Assembly (NCBI RefSeq): GCF_002952095.1
Contig: NZ_CP021726.1
Source: Escherichia coli
GTDB lineage: Bacteria; Pseudomonadota; Gammaproteobacteria; Enterobacterales; Enterobacteriaceae
Length of the DNA stretch: 32,000 nucleotides
Direction: 5' to 3' (one strand)
Position 1 is the stretch's first letter. Each line of letters opens with the position of its first letter. A program made the translations under genes and the position numbers. The notes beneath the pieces were generated by a model. The model saw only the letters and a program-made list of their open reading frames with translations. It made no database searches and was not told the origin of the DNA. Shown in pieces: positions 1 to 9,549 of the stretch.

Positions 1-593
1 CGGTTATAATAAAAAACCCTAAAATACCTAACAACACGCCGTGAGAACTTAAATCGCCAATCATCACCAGAGTGTCTTTATTGGCGACAATAACGCCAGT
101 GTTTTTTAATCCCATTAAGGCAATAAATAATCCGATTCCACTGGTGATACCAATACGTAAACTTAATGGAATGTTGGAGATCATCCAGTACCGGATACGA
201 AACAGCGTGAGCAAAAATAGCCCAATTGCGCCCCAGAATATTGCGCCCATCCCGGTCTGCCAGGAGATACCCATCGCCCCAACGACCACGAAGGCAAAGA
301 AGGCGTTCAGCCCCATTGCCGGAGCCAGCGCCACGGGTAAGTTAGCAAATATCCCCATCGCAATACTGCCGATACCGGCAATCAAACAGGTGGTAACAAA
401 CACCACTTTCGGGTCCATTTGTGCCGCGCCGAGGATTTGCGGGTTCACAAAAACGATGTACACCATGGTTAAAAAAGTGGTCATCCCCGCAATCAATTCT
501 GTGCGGACGGTGGTCCCATGCTGAGGTAGTTTAAATAATCGCGAAAGCGTCCCTGATTCATTACTCACGTAATCGGTATTGTCATTATTCATT
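1..593 (-). CDS. adeQ: Adenine permease AdeQ/YicO, N-terminal part (truncated by window edge)
   Basis: Minus-strand reading from ATG at 593-591 gives MNNDNTDYVSNESGTLSRLFKLPQHGTTVRTELIAGMTTFLTMVYIVFVNPQILGAAQMDPKVVF..., a NCS2/AzgA-type purine permease; open to the window start, so missing from the ORF track. Confidence 0.9.
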
Positions 594-766
594 TTTTTGT
601 CCATTGGAGGAGATTTAATCCCTTGCTTTTGTAAAACAAATGACAACAACGGTTCAGTGATAATTATCACATTTCAATTGCACATTAATGGATATTCTTT
701 AATAATCTCGCGACGTTTCTTTATGATAAATAATAATCAAATTGATAAAATCAAAATGAGAAAAAT

Positions 767-2533
767 ATGAATAATTCTATTAACCATAAATTTCATCACA
801 TTAGCCGGGCTGAATACCAGGAATTGTTAGCCGTTTCCCGTGGCGACGCTGTTGCCGATTATATTATTGATAATGTCTCTATTCTCGACCTGATCAATGG
901 CGGAGAAATTTCCGGCCCAATTGTGATTAAAGGACGTTACATTGCCGGTGTTGGCGCAGAATACACTGATGCTCCGGCTTTGCAGCGGATTGATGCCCGC
1001 GGCGCAACGGCGGTGCCAGGGTTTATTGATGCTCACCTGCATATTGAATCCAGCATGATGACGCCGGTCACCTTTGAAACCGCTACTCTGCCGCGCGGCC
1101 TGACGACCGTTATTTGCGACCCTCATGAAATCGTCAATGTGATGGGCGAAGCCGGATTCGCCTGGTTTGCCCGCTGTGCCAAACAGGCAAGGCAAAACCA
1201 GTACTTACAGGTCAGCTCTTGCGTGCCCGCTCTGGAAGGCTGTGATGTTAACGGTGCCAGTTTTACCCTTGAACAGATGCTCGCCTGGCGGGACCATCCG
1301 CAGGTTACCGGCCTTGCAGAAATGATGGACTACCCTGGCGTAATTAGCGGGCAGAATGCGCTGCTCGATAAACTGGATGCGTTTCGCCACCTGACGCTGG
1401 ACGGTCACTGCCCGGGTTTAGGTGGTAAAGAACTTAACGCCTATATTGCCGCGGGTATTGAAAACTGCCACGAAAGTTATCAGCTGGAAGAAGGACGCCG
1501 GAAATTACAACTCGGCATGTCGTTGATGATCCGCGAAGGGTCCGCTGCCCGCAATCTCAACGCACTGGCACCGTTGATCAACGAATTTAACAGCCCGCAA
1601 TGCATGCTCTGTACCGATGACCGTAACCCGTGGGAAATCGCTCATGAAGGGCATATTGATGCCCTAATTCGCCGCCTGATCGAACAACACAATGTGCCGC
1701 TGCATGTGGCATATCGCGTCGCCAGCTGGTCGACGGCGCGCCACTTTGGTCTGAATCACCTGGGCTTACTGGCACCCGGTAAGCAGGCTGATATCGTCCT
1801 GTTGAGCGATGCGCGTAAGGTCACGGTGCAGCAGGTACTGGTGAAAGGCGAACCGATTGACGCGCAAACCTTACAGGCGGAAGAGTCGGCGAGACTGGCA
1901 CAATCCGCTCCACCGTATGGCAATACCATTGCCCGCCAGCCAGTTTCCGCCAGCGACTTTGCCCTGCAATTTACACCCGGAAAACGCTATCGGGTCATTG
2001 ACGTCATCCATAACGAATTGATTACGCACTCCCGCTCCAGCGTCTACAGCGAAAATAGTTTTGATCGCGATGATGTGTGCTTTATTGCCGTACTTGAGCG
2101 TTACGGGCAACGTCTGGCTCCGGCCTGTGGTTTGCTCGGCGGCTTTGGCCTGAATGAAGGTGCGCTGGCTGCGACGGTCAGCCATGACAGCCATAATATT
2201 GTGGTGATCGGTCGCAGTGCCGAAGAGATGGCGCTGGCGGTCAATCAGGTGATTCAGGATGGCGGCGGGTTGTGCGTGGTACGTAACGGCCAGGTACAAA
2301 GTCATCTACCGTTGCCCATTGCCGGGCTGATGAGCACCGACACGGCGCAGTCGCTGGCCGAGCAAATTGACGCCTTGAAAGCCGCCGCCCGTGAATGCGG
2401 TCCGTTACCCGATGAGCCGTTTATTCAGATGGCGTTTCTTTCTCTGCCAGTGATCCCCGCGCTAAAACTAACCAGTCAGGGGCTATTTGATGGCGAGAAG
2501 TTTGCCTTCACTACGCTGGAAGTCACGGAATGA
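767..2533 (+). CDS. ade: Adenine deaminase
   Basis: 588 aa; metal-dependent amidohydrolase motifs ([31 protein letters not shown]), divergent from adeQ. Confidence 0.97.
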   Translation: MNNSINHKFHHISRAEYQELLAVSRGDAVADYIIDNVSILDLINGGEISGPIVIKGRYIAGVGAEYTDAPALQRIDARGATAVPGFIDAHLHIESSMMTPVTFETATLPRGLTTVICDPHEIVNVMGEAGFAWFARCAKQARQNQYLQVSSCVPALEGCDVNGASFTLEQMLAWRDHPQVTGLAEMMDYPGVISGQNALLDKLDAFRHLTLDGHCPGLGGKELNAYIAAGIENCHESYQLEEGRRKLQLGMSLMIREGSAARNLNALAPLINEFNSPQCMLCTDDRNPWEIAHEGHIDALIRRLIEQHNVPLHVAYRVASWSTARHFGLNHLGLLAPGKQADIVLLSDARKVTVQQVLVKGEPIDAQTLQAEESARLAQSAPPYGNTIARQPVSASDFALQFTPGKRYRVIDVIHNELITHSRSSVYSENSFDRDDVCFIAVLERYGQRLAPACGLLGGFGLNEGALAATVSHDSHNIVVIGRSAEEMALAVNQVIQDGGGLCVVRNGQVQSHLPLPIAGLMSTDTAQSLAEQIDALKAAARECGPLPDEPFIQMAFLSLPVIPALKLTSQGLFDGEKFAFTTLEVTE

Positions 2534-2722
2534 AAAAAAGACCGTATTAGCTGATTTACGGAAAATATGTACTCCACAAGCGTCAATATCAGACGAGGCC
2601 TGGGAAAAGATGATGTTGTCTGATGAAAGTAATCAGCAGCACATCCGTGAGGCTATTGTGGCGATGGAACGCAATAACCAGAACGGGAAGCGTTAGGCAA
2701 GGTTGAATGCCCGGATATGTAG

Positions 2723-2744
2723 ACGTGAAGCCGCAGCTTCACGT
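2723..2744. terminator. Inverted repeat between the ade side and the convergent LacI-family gene
   Basis: ACGTGAAGC-cgca-GCTTCACGT, perfect 9-bp arms; no strong T tract, so terminator function is tentative. Confidence 0.4.
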
Positions 2745-2758
2745 CATACATTTAGCAC

Positions 2759-3718
2759 TTAACGTGAACGTACATCGGGAATAATTAAATCACCGCGCAG
2801 AACATATGAACCCAGCATCGTCTGCGTCTTCTCGTTAAGCCAACTGACTATGCGGGCGGCCATTTCGTCCAGCGAATATTCTATCGCCGGAATGGTCGGT
2901 ATCCCCGGAAGATGAACAGTACCCGCCAGACTAAATACCATAATGTCCTCAGGAACAGATTTATTAAACGCCTGCAATTGCGGTATCACCCGCTGCGCTT
3001 GCTGTTCATCAGTAACTAATAACGCATTAAAGTTCAGTGTTGAGGCGTTATTTAGCAGCTCCTGCAAAGCCACTGAGGAAGAGATTGCTTCCATAAAAAC
3101 CAGATTACGGTTAAAGGGAAGAAAGTTTTTCTCCAGCGCGTGTTTATAGCCCAGTAAGACCTGGTCAGAAAATCCCATACCGTGTGGGTGGATGAGGGCG
3201 ATTTGGCGTCTGTTCTGACTTATCAGATAGTTACAAGCGGTTTCAGTCGCGAATGTGTGATCGAACTGAATACTGTTAACATCATTACCCGTCTCAAGGC
3301 AGTCCACCAGTATCACGTTTTCCTGATGAATATTCAGTGGGAAACGCGCACCAATAATCAGTACGTCATCACACAAACCACAGCTCAGCTCATCAAGGGC
3401 GTTCTTTACCTCGGCTTTATTGCTGGCGAAGCGAAGAAGTAGATGTTTTTGATGCTGGCTGAGATGTTTTTCCAGAGCGTAAAGATAACCGGTGGTCTGA
3501 TTAATGTTTTCCTGAGCACAAATTACACCGATACAGCCCGTAGATTGCGTCAGCAGTGACTGCGCAATGACATTGGGACGATAGTTTAGCTCTTCGACGG
3601 CTTTCAATACCGCAAGACGGCTGGCTTCTTTAACACCACGCGATCCGCTCAACACCCGAGAAACCGTCGCTTTTGAAACGCCAGCCAAACGCGATACATC
3701 ATTGATAGTAGACATCAT
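2759..3718 (-). CDS. LacI/GalR-family transcriptional regulator of the adjacent PTS cassette
   Basis: MSTINDVSRLAGVSKATVSRVLSGSRGVKEASRLAVLKAVEELNYRPNVIAQSL is a canonical LacI HTH; start chosen at the ATG-ATG pair 3718/3715 instead of the longer track start. Confidence 0.9.
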   Translation of the reverse strand: MMSTINDVSRLAGVSKATVSRVLSGSRGVKEASRLAVLKAVEELNYRPNVIAQSLLTQSTGCIGVICAQENINQTTGYLYALEKHLSQHQKHLLLRFASNKAEVKNALDELSCGLCDDVLIIGARFPLNIHQENVILVDCLETGNDVNSIQFDHTFATETACNYLISQNRRQIALIHPHGMGFSDQVLLGYKHALEKNFLPFNRNLVFMEAISSSVALQELLNNASTLNFNALLVTDEQQAQRVIPQLQAFNKSVPEDIMVFSLAGTVHLPGIPTIPAIEYSLDEMAARIVSWLNEKTQTMLGSYVLRGDLIIPDVRSR

Positions 3719-3811
3719 TCTCCCCTGACAGAGCGGCCCTGGCTCCCACAATCCTGAATTCCTGTTGGCTTAAATATTAGCCGTTCGCAGTATAACTGTT
3801 TCCGTTTTCTA

Positions 3812-3830
3812 ATGGAAACCGATTTTCCAT
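3812..3830. promoter_or_regulatory. LacI-family operator-like site (ATGGAAACCGATTTTCCAT)
   Basis: Imperfect palindrome in the divergent intergenic region, sharing the GGAAACCG core with the 3938-3953 site. Confidence 0.5.
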
Positions 3831-3926
3831 GGCACCTCAAAACTGAGCTAATAATGATAAAAATGTGAACAGAATCGAAATAATAACGCGACTTTATAGC
3901 GAAATCTGATAGCCGTCACAGTTTAT

Positions 3927-3953
3927 GTTTCCATGAATGGAAACCGGTTTCCA
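3927..3953. promoter_or_regulatory. Two overlapping LacI-family operator-like palindromes
   Basis: GTTTCCAT-GA-ATGGAAAC (3927-3944) overlaps TGGAAACCGGTTTCCA (3938-3953); both perfect inverted repeats. Confidence 0.65.
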
Positions 3954-4006
3954 AATGATATCAAATCAATTGCGAAATAGATTTTTACATTCAGAGGATG
4001 TGTCAG

Positions 4007-4321
4007 ATGGTCAGGATTATGTTGTGTTGCTCTGCGGGGATGTCAACCAGTCTGCTGGTGAAAAAAATGGTCGAGGCCGCAGAAAGCAGAGAGCTACCGG
4101 TAGAGATAGATGCCTACGGAGTTTCCGAATTTGATATTCAGTTTCCAAAATATCAGGTGGTGCTACTCGGACCGCAGGTAAAGTATATGTTAAACATGCT
4201 CGCAGAAAAGGCCGCCCCCCAGGGAATACCCGTAAAAGCCATTGATATGGCGGACTACGGAATGCAACGGGGTGACAAGGTGCTGGATTACGCTCTGTCG
4301 CTCATTGCAGCGACACATTAG
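4007..4321 (+). CDS. PTS Lac/Chb-family EIIB component
   Basis: VRIMLCCSAGMSTSLLVKKMVEAAES... with the phosphocysteine motif (C-S-A-G-M-S-T-S); AGAGG upstream supports ATG 4007 over 3998. Confidence 0.88.
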   Translation: MVRIMLCCSAGMSTSLLVKKMVEAAESRELPVEIDAYGVSEFDIQFPKYQVVLLGPQVKYMLNMLAEKAAPQGIPVKAIDMADYGMQRGDKVLDYALSLIAATH

Positions 4322-4333
4322 AAAGGTGTCATT

Positions 4334-5665
4334 ATGAGTTCGTTATATCAATCAATGGTTGCCGTTATTGAACAATCCATCACACCGCTTGCCGGGAAGC
4401 TGGGGCAGCAAAAATATGTGATTGCCATCCGGGACGGTTTTACTGCCGCTCTACCGTTTATGATCATCGGTTCGTTTATGCTGGTGTTCATTTTCCCACC
4501 GTTTTCGGCTGAAACAACCAACAGTTTTGCCCGAGGCTGGCTGGATTTCTCCGCTACCTACCGTGAACAGCTAATGTTGCCATTTAACCTCAGCATGGGG
4601 GTGATGACTTTCTTCATCTCAGTGGGGATCGGCGCCAGCCTTGGGCGACAGTTTAATCTCGATCCGATTATGTCTGGCTTGCTGGCATTTATGGCATTTT
4701 TACTGGTCGCAGCACCTTACGCTGACGGCAAAATATCGACTCAATATCTTTCCGGGCAAGGGATTTTCACTTCGCTGATTACCGCGATTTATGCCACTCG
4801 TGTGTACGCCTGGTTAAAACAGCACAACGTAACAATCCGCTTACCCAAAGAAGTCCCTACTGGGGTGGCGCGCTCCTTTGAGATCCTTATCCCGGTTCTG
4901 GTGGTCATTGCTACGCTACACCCACTGAATCTGTTTATTGAGGCCCAGACTGGAATGATTATTCCTGAGGCGATCATGCATCTTTTAGCGCCACTGGTCT
5001 CTGCCTCTGATTCCCTGCCTGCAATTCTGCTGTCTGTTCTGATGTGTCAGATTTTCTGGTTCGCAGGTATTCATGGTTCACTGATTGTAACAGGCATCAT
5101 GAATCCCTTCTGGATGGCAAACCTGTCGGCAAATCAGGCAGCTCTTGCCGCTGGCGCAGCACTTCCTCACGTTTATCTGCAAGGGTTTTGGGATCACTAC
5201 CTGCTGATTGGTGGTGTCGGCTCGACGCTACCGCTGGCGTTCTTGCTGTTACGCAGCCGCGTTGCTCACTTGCGTACCATCGGAAAAATGGGCGTTGTCC
5301 CCAGTTTTTTCAACATCAATGAGCCTATTCTGTTCGGTGCGCCGATCATCATGAATCCGATGTTGTTTATCCCGTTCGTTTTCGTGCCAATTATTAACGC
5401 CATCCTGGCCTATACCGCGACCAGACTGGGCTGGCTGGCACAGGTTGTCTCATTAACGCCATGGACCACACCTGCTCCAATTGGTGCCTCCTGGGCTGCC
5501 AACTGGGCACTTAGCCCAGTGGTGATGTGCATTATCTGTATGGTGATGTCGGCGCTGATGTACCTCCCATTCTTGCGCGCCTATGAACGCTCATTGCTGA
5601 AAAGCGAAGAACAAAAAGCGCAGGATACCGTCTCCGTGGCCAATGCAGCCCGTAGCAACTCATAA
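4334..5665 (+). CDS. PTS Lac/Chb-family EIIC permease
   Basis: 443 aa multi-spanning protein; GxNPILFGAPIIMNPMLFIPFV-type segment (NEPILFGAPIIMNPMLFIPF) typical of cellobiose/chitobiose EIIC. Confidence 0.9.
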   Translation: MSSLYQSMVAVIEQSITPLAGKLGQQKYVIAIRDGFTAALPFMIIGSFMLVFIFPPFSAETTNSFARGWLDFSATYREQLMLPFNLSMGVMTFFISVGIGASLGRQFNLDPIMSGLLAFMAFLLVAAPYADGKISTQYLSGQGIFTSLITAIYATRVYAWLKQHNVTIRLPKEVPTGVARSFEILIPVLVVIATLHPLNLFIEAQTGMIIPEAIMHLLAPLVSASDSLPAILLSVLMCQIFWFAGIHGSLIVTGIMNPFWMANLSANQAALAAGAALPHVYLQGFWDHYLLIGGVGSTLPLAFLLLRSRVAHLRTIGKMGVVPSFFNINEPILFGAPIIMNPMLFIPFVFVPIINAILAYTATRLGWLAQVVSLTPWTTPAPIGASWAANWALSPVVMCIICMVMSALMYLPFLRAYERSLLKSEEQKAQDTVSVANAARSNS

Positions 5666-5685
5666 TGAATCAAGGAGTAAGAACA

Positions 5686-7083
5686 ATGAGATACCGTTTT
5701 CCCGACAACTTCTGGTGGGGGAGTGCCTGCTCTGCGCTGCAAACCGAAGGGGATAGTCTGAACGGCGGCAAAAGCCAAACCACCTGGGATGTATGGTTCG
5801 AACGCCAGCCAGGCCGCTTCCATCAAGGTATTGGCCCGGCGAACACATCAACCTTTTATCAACACTGGCAACAAGATATTGCCCTGCTAAAACAGTTAAA
5901 ACATAACAGTTTTCGCACCTCGTTAAGCTGGTCTCGCCTGATACCAGACGGTACTGGTGACGTAAATCCTGAAGCGGTGGCGTTCTATAACAATGTCATC
6001 GACGAGTTGCTGGCGCAGGGCATCACACCGTTTATCACCTTGTTCCACTTTGATATGCCAATGGTGATGCAGGAAAAAGGTGGCTGGGAGAGTCGGGAAG
6101 TCGTAGAGGCTTTTGGTGAATATGCCCGTACCTGCTTTGAACTGTTCGGCAACAGAGTGAAGCACTGGTTTACCTTTAACGAACCGATTGTGCCGGTAGA
6201 GGGCGGTTATTTATATGACTTCCACTATCCGAACGTTGTTGATTTTAAGCGTGCTGCGACAGTGGCTTACCATACCGTTCTTGCGCACGCCACGGCAGTT
6301 CGGGCATTTCGTCAGGGTAATTTTGAAGGTGAAATTGGCGTGGTGCTCAACCTGACGCCTTCTTATCCACGCTCGCAAAATCCGGCTGATGTTAAAGCCG
6401 CACACTGCGCTGACCTTCTGTTTAACCGCAGCTTCCTCGATCCGGTGCTAAAAGGGGAATACCCGGCAGACCTTGTAGCATTACTGAAAGAGCACGATCA
6501 GTTGCCGCAATGCCAGCCTGACGATAGTCAGCTAATCGCCGACGGAATAATCGACCTGCTGGGGATAAATTATTATCAACCCCGACGAGTTAAATGCCGG
6601 GATAGCGCCGTAAACCCCAATGCCCCCTTTATGCCGGAGTGGTTATTTGACTATTACGAGATGCCTGGGCGAAAAATGAATCCTTATCGGGGATGGGAAA
6701 TTTATGAACCCGGTATTTACGATATCATCACCAATCTTCGCGATAATTATGGTAATCCTCGTTGTTTTATTTCTGAAAATGGGATGGGTGTAGAAAACGA
6801 GCAACGCTTTATTCAGGAAGGGCAAGTCAACGATAGCTATCGTATTGAATTTGTCGCTGAACATTTAAAATGGCTGCATAAAGGAATTAGCGAAGGGTGT
6901 AATTGCCTTGGCTATCATATGTGGACGTTTATCGATAACTGGTCATGGCTTAATGCTTATAAAAATCGCTATGGATTTGTTCAGCTTGATCTGGAAACAC
7001 AAACACGCACGATTAAAAAAAGTGGTGAGTGGTTTGCGACAGTTGCAGAAAATAACGGTTTTGATTGCGAGAAACAAAAATGA
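5686..7083 (+). CDS. Glycoside hydrolase family 1, 6-phospho-beta-glucosidase
   Basis: TFNEP acid/base and ISENG nucleophile motifs; RYRFPDNFWWGSACSALQTEG N-terminus; AAGGAG before ATG 5686. Confidence 0.92.
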   Translation: MRYRFPDNFWWGSACSALQTEGDSLNGGKSQTTWDVWFERQPGRFHQGIGPANTSTFYQHWQQDIALLKQLKHNSFRTSLSWSRLIPDGTGDVNPEAVAFYNNVIDELLAQGITPFITLFHFDMPMVMQEKGGWESREVVEAFGEYARTCFELFGNRVKHWFTFNEPIVPVEGGYLYDFHYPNVVDFKRAATVAYHTVLAHATAVRAFRQGNFEGEIGVVLNLTPSYPRSQNPADVKAAHCADLLFNRSFLDPVLKGEYPADLVALLKEHDQLPQCQPDDSQLIADGIIDLLGINYYQPRRVKCRDSAVNPNAPFMPEWLFDYYEMPGRKMNPYRGWEIYEPGIYDIITNLRDNYGNPRCFISENGMGVENEQRFIQEGQVNDSYRIEFVAEHLKWLHKGISEGCNCLGYHMWTFIDNWSWLNAYKNRYGFVQLDLETQTRTIKKSGEWFATVAENNGFDCEKQK

Positions 7084-7382
7084 TCGAACTAGAAGATGCG
7101 GTTATGGAAATAATCGTCAATGCCGGCCAGTCACGCAGCCTCTGTTTTGAAGCGTTACACGCGGCACGTGCCGGGAACTTTGATGAAGCCAAACAGCTGC
7201 TGCGTGAAGCTGACGGTTATTCCCGTCAGGCTCACCATATGCAAACCAAATTGATCGAACAGGATGCTGGTGAAGCCCGACAGCCAATGACATTAATTAT
7301 GGTACATGCACAGGATCATTTAATGACATCAATGCTGGCACGAGAATTAGCAGAAGAAATAATTCATCTTTATCAAAGATAA
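7080..7382 (+). CDS. PTS Lac/Chb-family EIIA component
   Basis: MIELEDAVMEIIVNAGQSRSLCFEALHAARAGNFDEAKQLL...LIMVHAQDHLMTSM, with the phosphohistidine-region VHAQDHLM; ATGA overlap with the upstream gene. Confidence 0.9.
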   Translation: MIELEDAVMEIIVNAGQSRSLCFEALHAARAGNFDEAKQLLREADGYSRQAHHMQTKLIEQDAGEARQPMTLIMVHAQDHLMTSMLARELAEEIIHLYQR

Positions 7383-7460
7383 TTGATTAATGCTTATGAG
7401 GAACATCTATTTGATAAAATAAAACCTCTGCCTTACCCAAGAATAAAATAGATAAACCAC

Positions 7461-7494
7461 CCTGTTTCGGTAGTTAAAAATAAGCCGAAACAGG
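7461..7494 (+). repeat. Intercistronic stem-loop between EIIA and porin genes
   Basis: CCTGTTTCGG-N14-CCGAAACAGG, perfect 10-bp arms. Confidence 0.55.
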
Positions 7495-7582
7495 CTGCTT
7501 ATTATCATAAAACAAATTAATACACACCTTATATTTATTATGCCCAACGCATAATGAATTATAACGTGTGCGTGAGATAATT

Positions 7583-8962
7583 ATGAAAAAGATAAAAACA
7601 CTTCCAGTTACCCTGGCGGTTATTGCCGCTTTGTACTCAATATCTGCCCAGGCTCAGGAATTTACTCAGGAACAAATAGACGCCATTGTGGCAAAAGCCG
7701 TCGATAAAGCATTAGCCGAAAGGCAAGAAAAAATGGATGCCGCGGCAGCGAAAAAAGTGGATGTGATTAACGAACCGGAAAGTGCTGCGCAGTCTCCGGA
7801 TATGGCAATTCCCTTTGGCGTGAAATTTAGTGGTTATGCCCGTTATGGGGCTCATTTTCAAAGCGGCGATCAAAAATATGTTGCTGTAGACGGCTCCTAT
7901 AATGGTGCATCTGCAATTGGTCGTCTGGGGAACGAAGGTAATGGCGGAGAGTTTCAGTTATCAAAAGCCTTCAAGAGCGATAACGGCGCAATCTGGGATG
8001 TCAATGTCATGATTGATCACTGGGGCGACGAAGTTAACCTGAAAAAAGCCTACGCTGGTGTCACCAATGTTTTGGCATCCAATCCTGACGCCTATATCTG
8101 GGCTGGTCGTGACTTCCACCAGCGCCCGCAACAGGGCATTAATGACTACTTCTGGATGACTCACGATGGTCAGGGTGCCGGGGTGAAAAATTTCGACATT
8201 GGTGGCATCAAGTTTGACCTTGCTACTGTCGCAGCGGTTGAATCCTGTAATCCTGAAGTGATGGAGGATGAGACCAATCCATCACGCATTACCTGTACTG
8301 GCGGGTCAGGAACGGGCGACAAAGGCAATTATGCGATAACGTCCAAAATTCATGGTATGAAACTGGGGCCACTGGATCTTGAGTTGTACGCTAACTACGG
8401 CTTCGACTCAAAAGCGGTCGAAGGTGAAGACAAACTGAAAGCCTGGCAGGGGGCATTTGTTGTAAGCCATAGCAATGACAGCGGAGTGAATAAAGTCATT
8501 GCCCGCTACTCTGATAATTCCGATAACAGTGTTTACAATAAAACTGACGATCTCACGACAATTTACGCCAGTTTTGAAGGTAGTCATAAATTTAACCAGC
8601 AGGCGCAAATCGAGTATTTACTAGCCTTCCATGATTACGACAACAGTTCTATTAAGAGTGATAACCGCAAAAACTATGGCGTAATTGTCCGTCCTATGTA
8701 TTTCTGGAATGACGTTCACTCCACCTGGCTTGAGGCGGGTTATCAACGGGTTGATTATGATAAAGGCGGAGATAATTCCGGCTGGAAGCTGACGCTGTCA
8801 CAGAACATTTCTATTGCGATGGGCCCGGAATTCCGCCCAATGCTACGTTTCTACATGACGGGCGGGCAAGTTGATAATGACCGGACTGCACGCGTCAACG
8901 GTACAAAAGAGGAAACGCTTGACGACTTTAACCTTGGCGCGATGTGGGAAGCTTGGTTCTGA
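7583..8962 (+). CDS. Carbohydrate-selective outer-membrane porin (LamB/BglH-like)
   Basis: Signal peptide MKKIKTLPVTLAVIAALYSISAQAQ, short polar/coiled-coil N-terminus, maltoporin-like 'SGYARYGAHF' and terminal '...NLGAMWEAWF' aromatic C-terminus. Confidence 0.88.
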   Translation: MKKIKTLPVTLAVIAALYSISAQAQEFTQEQIDAIVAKAVDKALAERQEKMDAAAAKKVDVINEPESAAQSPDMAIPFGVKFSGYARYGAHFQSGDQKYVAVDGSYNGASAIGRLGNEGNGGEFQLSKAFKSDNGAIWDVNVMIDHWGDEVNLKKAYAGVTNVLASNPDAYIWAGRDFHQRPQQGINDYFWMTHDGQGAGVKNFDIGGIKFDLATVAAVESCNPEVMEDETNPSRITCTGGSGTGDKGNYAITSKIHGMKLGPLDLELYANYGFDSKAVEGEDKLKAWQGAFVVSHSNDSGVNKVIARYSDNSDNSVYNKTDDLTTIYASFEGSHKFNQQAQIEYLLAFHDYDNSSIKSDNRKNYGVIVRPMYFWNDVHSTWLEAGYQRVDYDKGGDNSGWKLTLSQNISIAMGPEFRPMLRFYMTGGQVDNDRTARVNGTKEETLDDFNLGAMWEAWF

Positions 8963-8980
8963 CAGGCCACTCACATTGAG

Positions 8981-9433
8981 TTAATGCAACCAAAACACGC
9001 CTTCTTCTGGCTGGAAGAGGGCGTTATAGCGCATTTGGAAGGCATTAATCTCCTGCATATCTGGCTCTAACTCACGGAGTAAACCCAGCGCCTGACGGAC
9101 CTGGGCATCCGTGATCGGCGCAGCAAGACGCGCTTTTTGCAACAACCGATGCCAACGTAACAGGTTCTGCTCACTACCATCGACAATCACAATTTGCCAG
9201 ATAAGTAACACCTGAGCAGCATTTTGCAGATGAGATTCATCCGGGCGATGCAAATAATACAAAAACTCTTTACCAGGCATTTTACCCATCTGATCGATCA
9301 TCGATTCTACGGGTACAACATCAATATTAAGTCGTTCGCTTAAACGGCGAATCGCCCGTCGGGTGCCTGACGTCAGAACCCGAAAACCAACCACAAACAC
9401 CACCACGACGGTGGCAAGCATTATCCAGATCAT
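8981..9433 (-). CDS. YicN-like uncharacterised protein (DUF1198 type)
   Basis: 150 aa, MIWIMLATVVVVFVVGFRVLTSGTRRAIRRLSERLNIDVVPVESMIDQMG... with an N-terminal membrane helix; matches YicN as recalled. Confidence 0.8.
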   Translation of the reverse strand: MIWIMLATVVVVFVVGFRVLTSGTRRAIRRLSERLNIDVVPVESMIDQMGKMPGKEFLYYLHRPDESHLQNAAQVLLIWQIVIVDGSEQNLLRWHRLLQKARLAAPITDAQVRQALGLLRELEPDMQEINAFQMRYNALFQPEEGVFWLH

Positions 9434-9503
9434 GCGTTCTCCTGCGCATCAACTTTTGATGATATCTGGAAAACTCCCCCAGGCGTTAATCTGGTCAAAT
9501 TGA

Positions 9504-9533
9504 ATAAAAAAAGCCCGGCGTCATGCCGGGCAA
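9504..9533 (-). terminator. Rho-independent terminator downstream of uhpT
   Basis: GCCCGGC-atgac-GCCGGGC stem on the minus strand followed by a T run (plus strand aaaaaaa). Confidence 0.85.
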
Positions 9534-9549
9534 AAGTCACCAGTTACGT

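Noticed and set aside
72-524. Plus-strand 150-aa ORF
   Set aside because: Antisense shadow of adeQ, whose minus-strand reading gives a clear permease; low-complexity Ile/Pro-rich translation.
3864-3879. TGTGA half-site suggestive of a CRP site upstream of the PTS cassette
   Set aside because: TGTGA-N6-TCGAA matches only one half of the consensus well; CRP control is plausible but not supported enough to list.
8997-9024. ACGCCTTCTTC...GAAGAGGGCGT hairpin near the porin/yicN convergence
   Set aside because: Lies inside the 3' coding part of the yicN-like gene and has no T tract on either strand; not claimed as a terminator.
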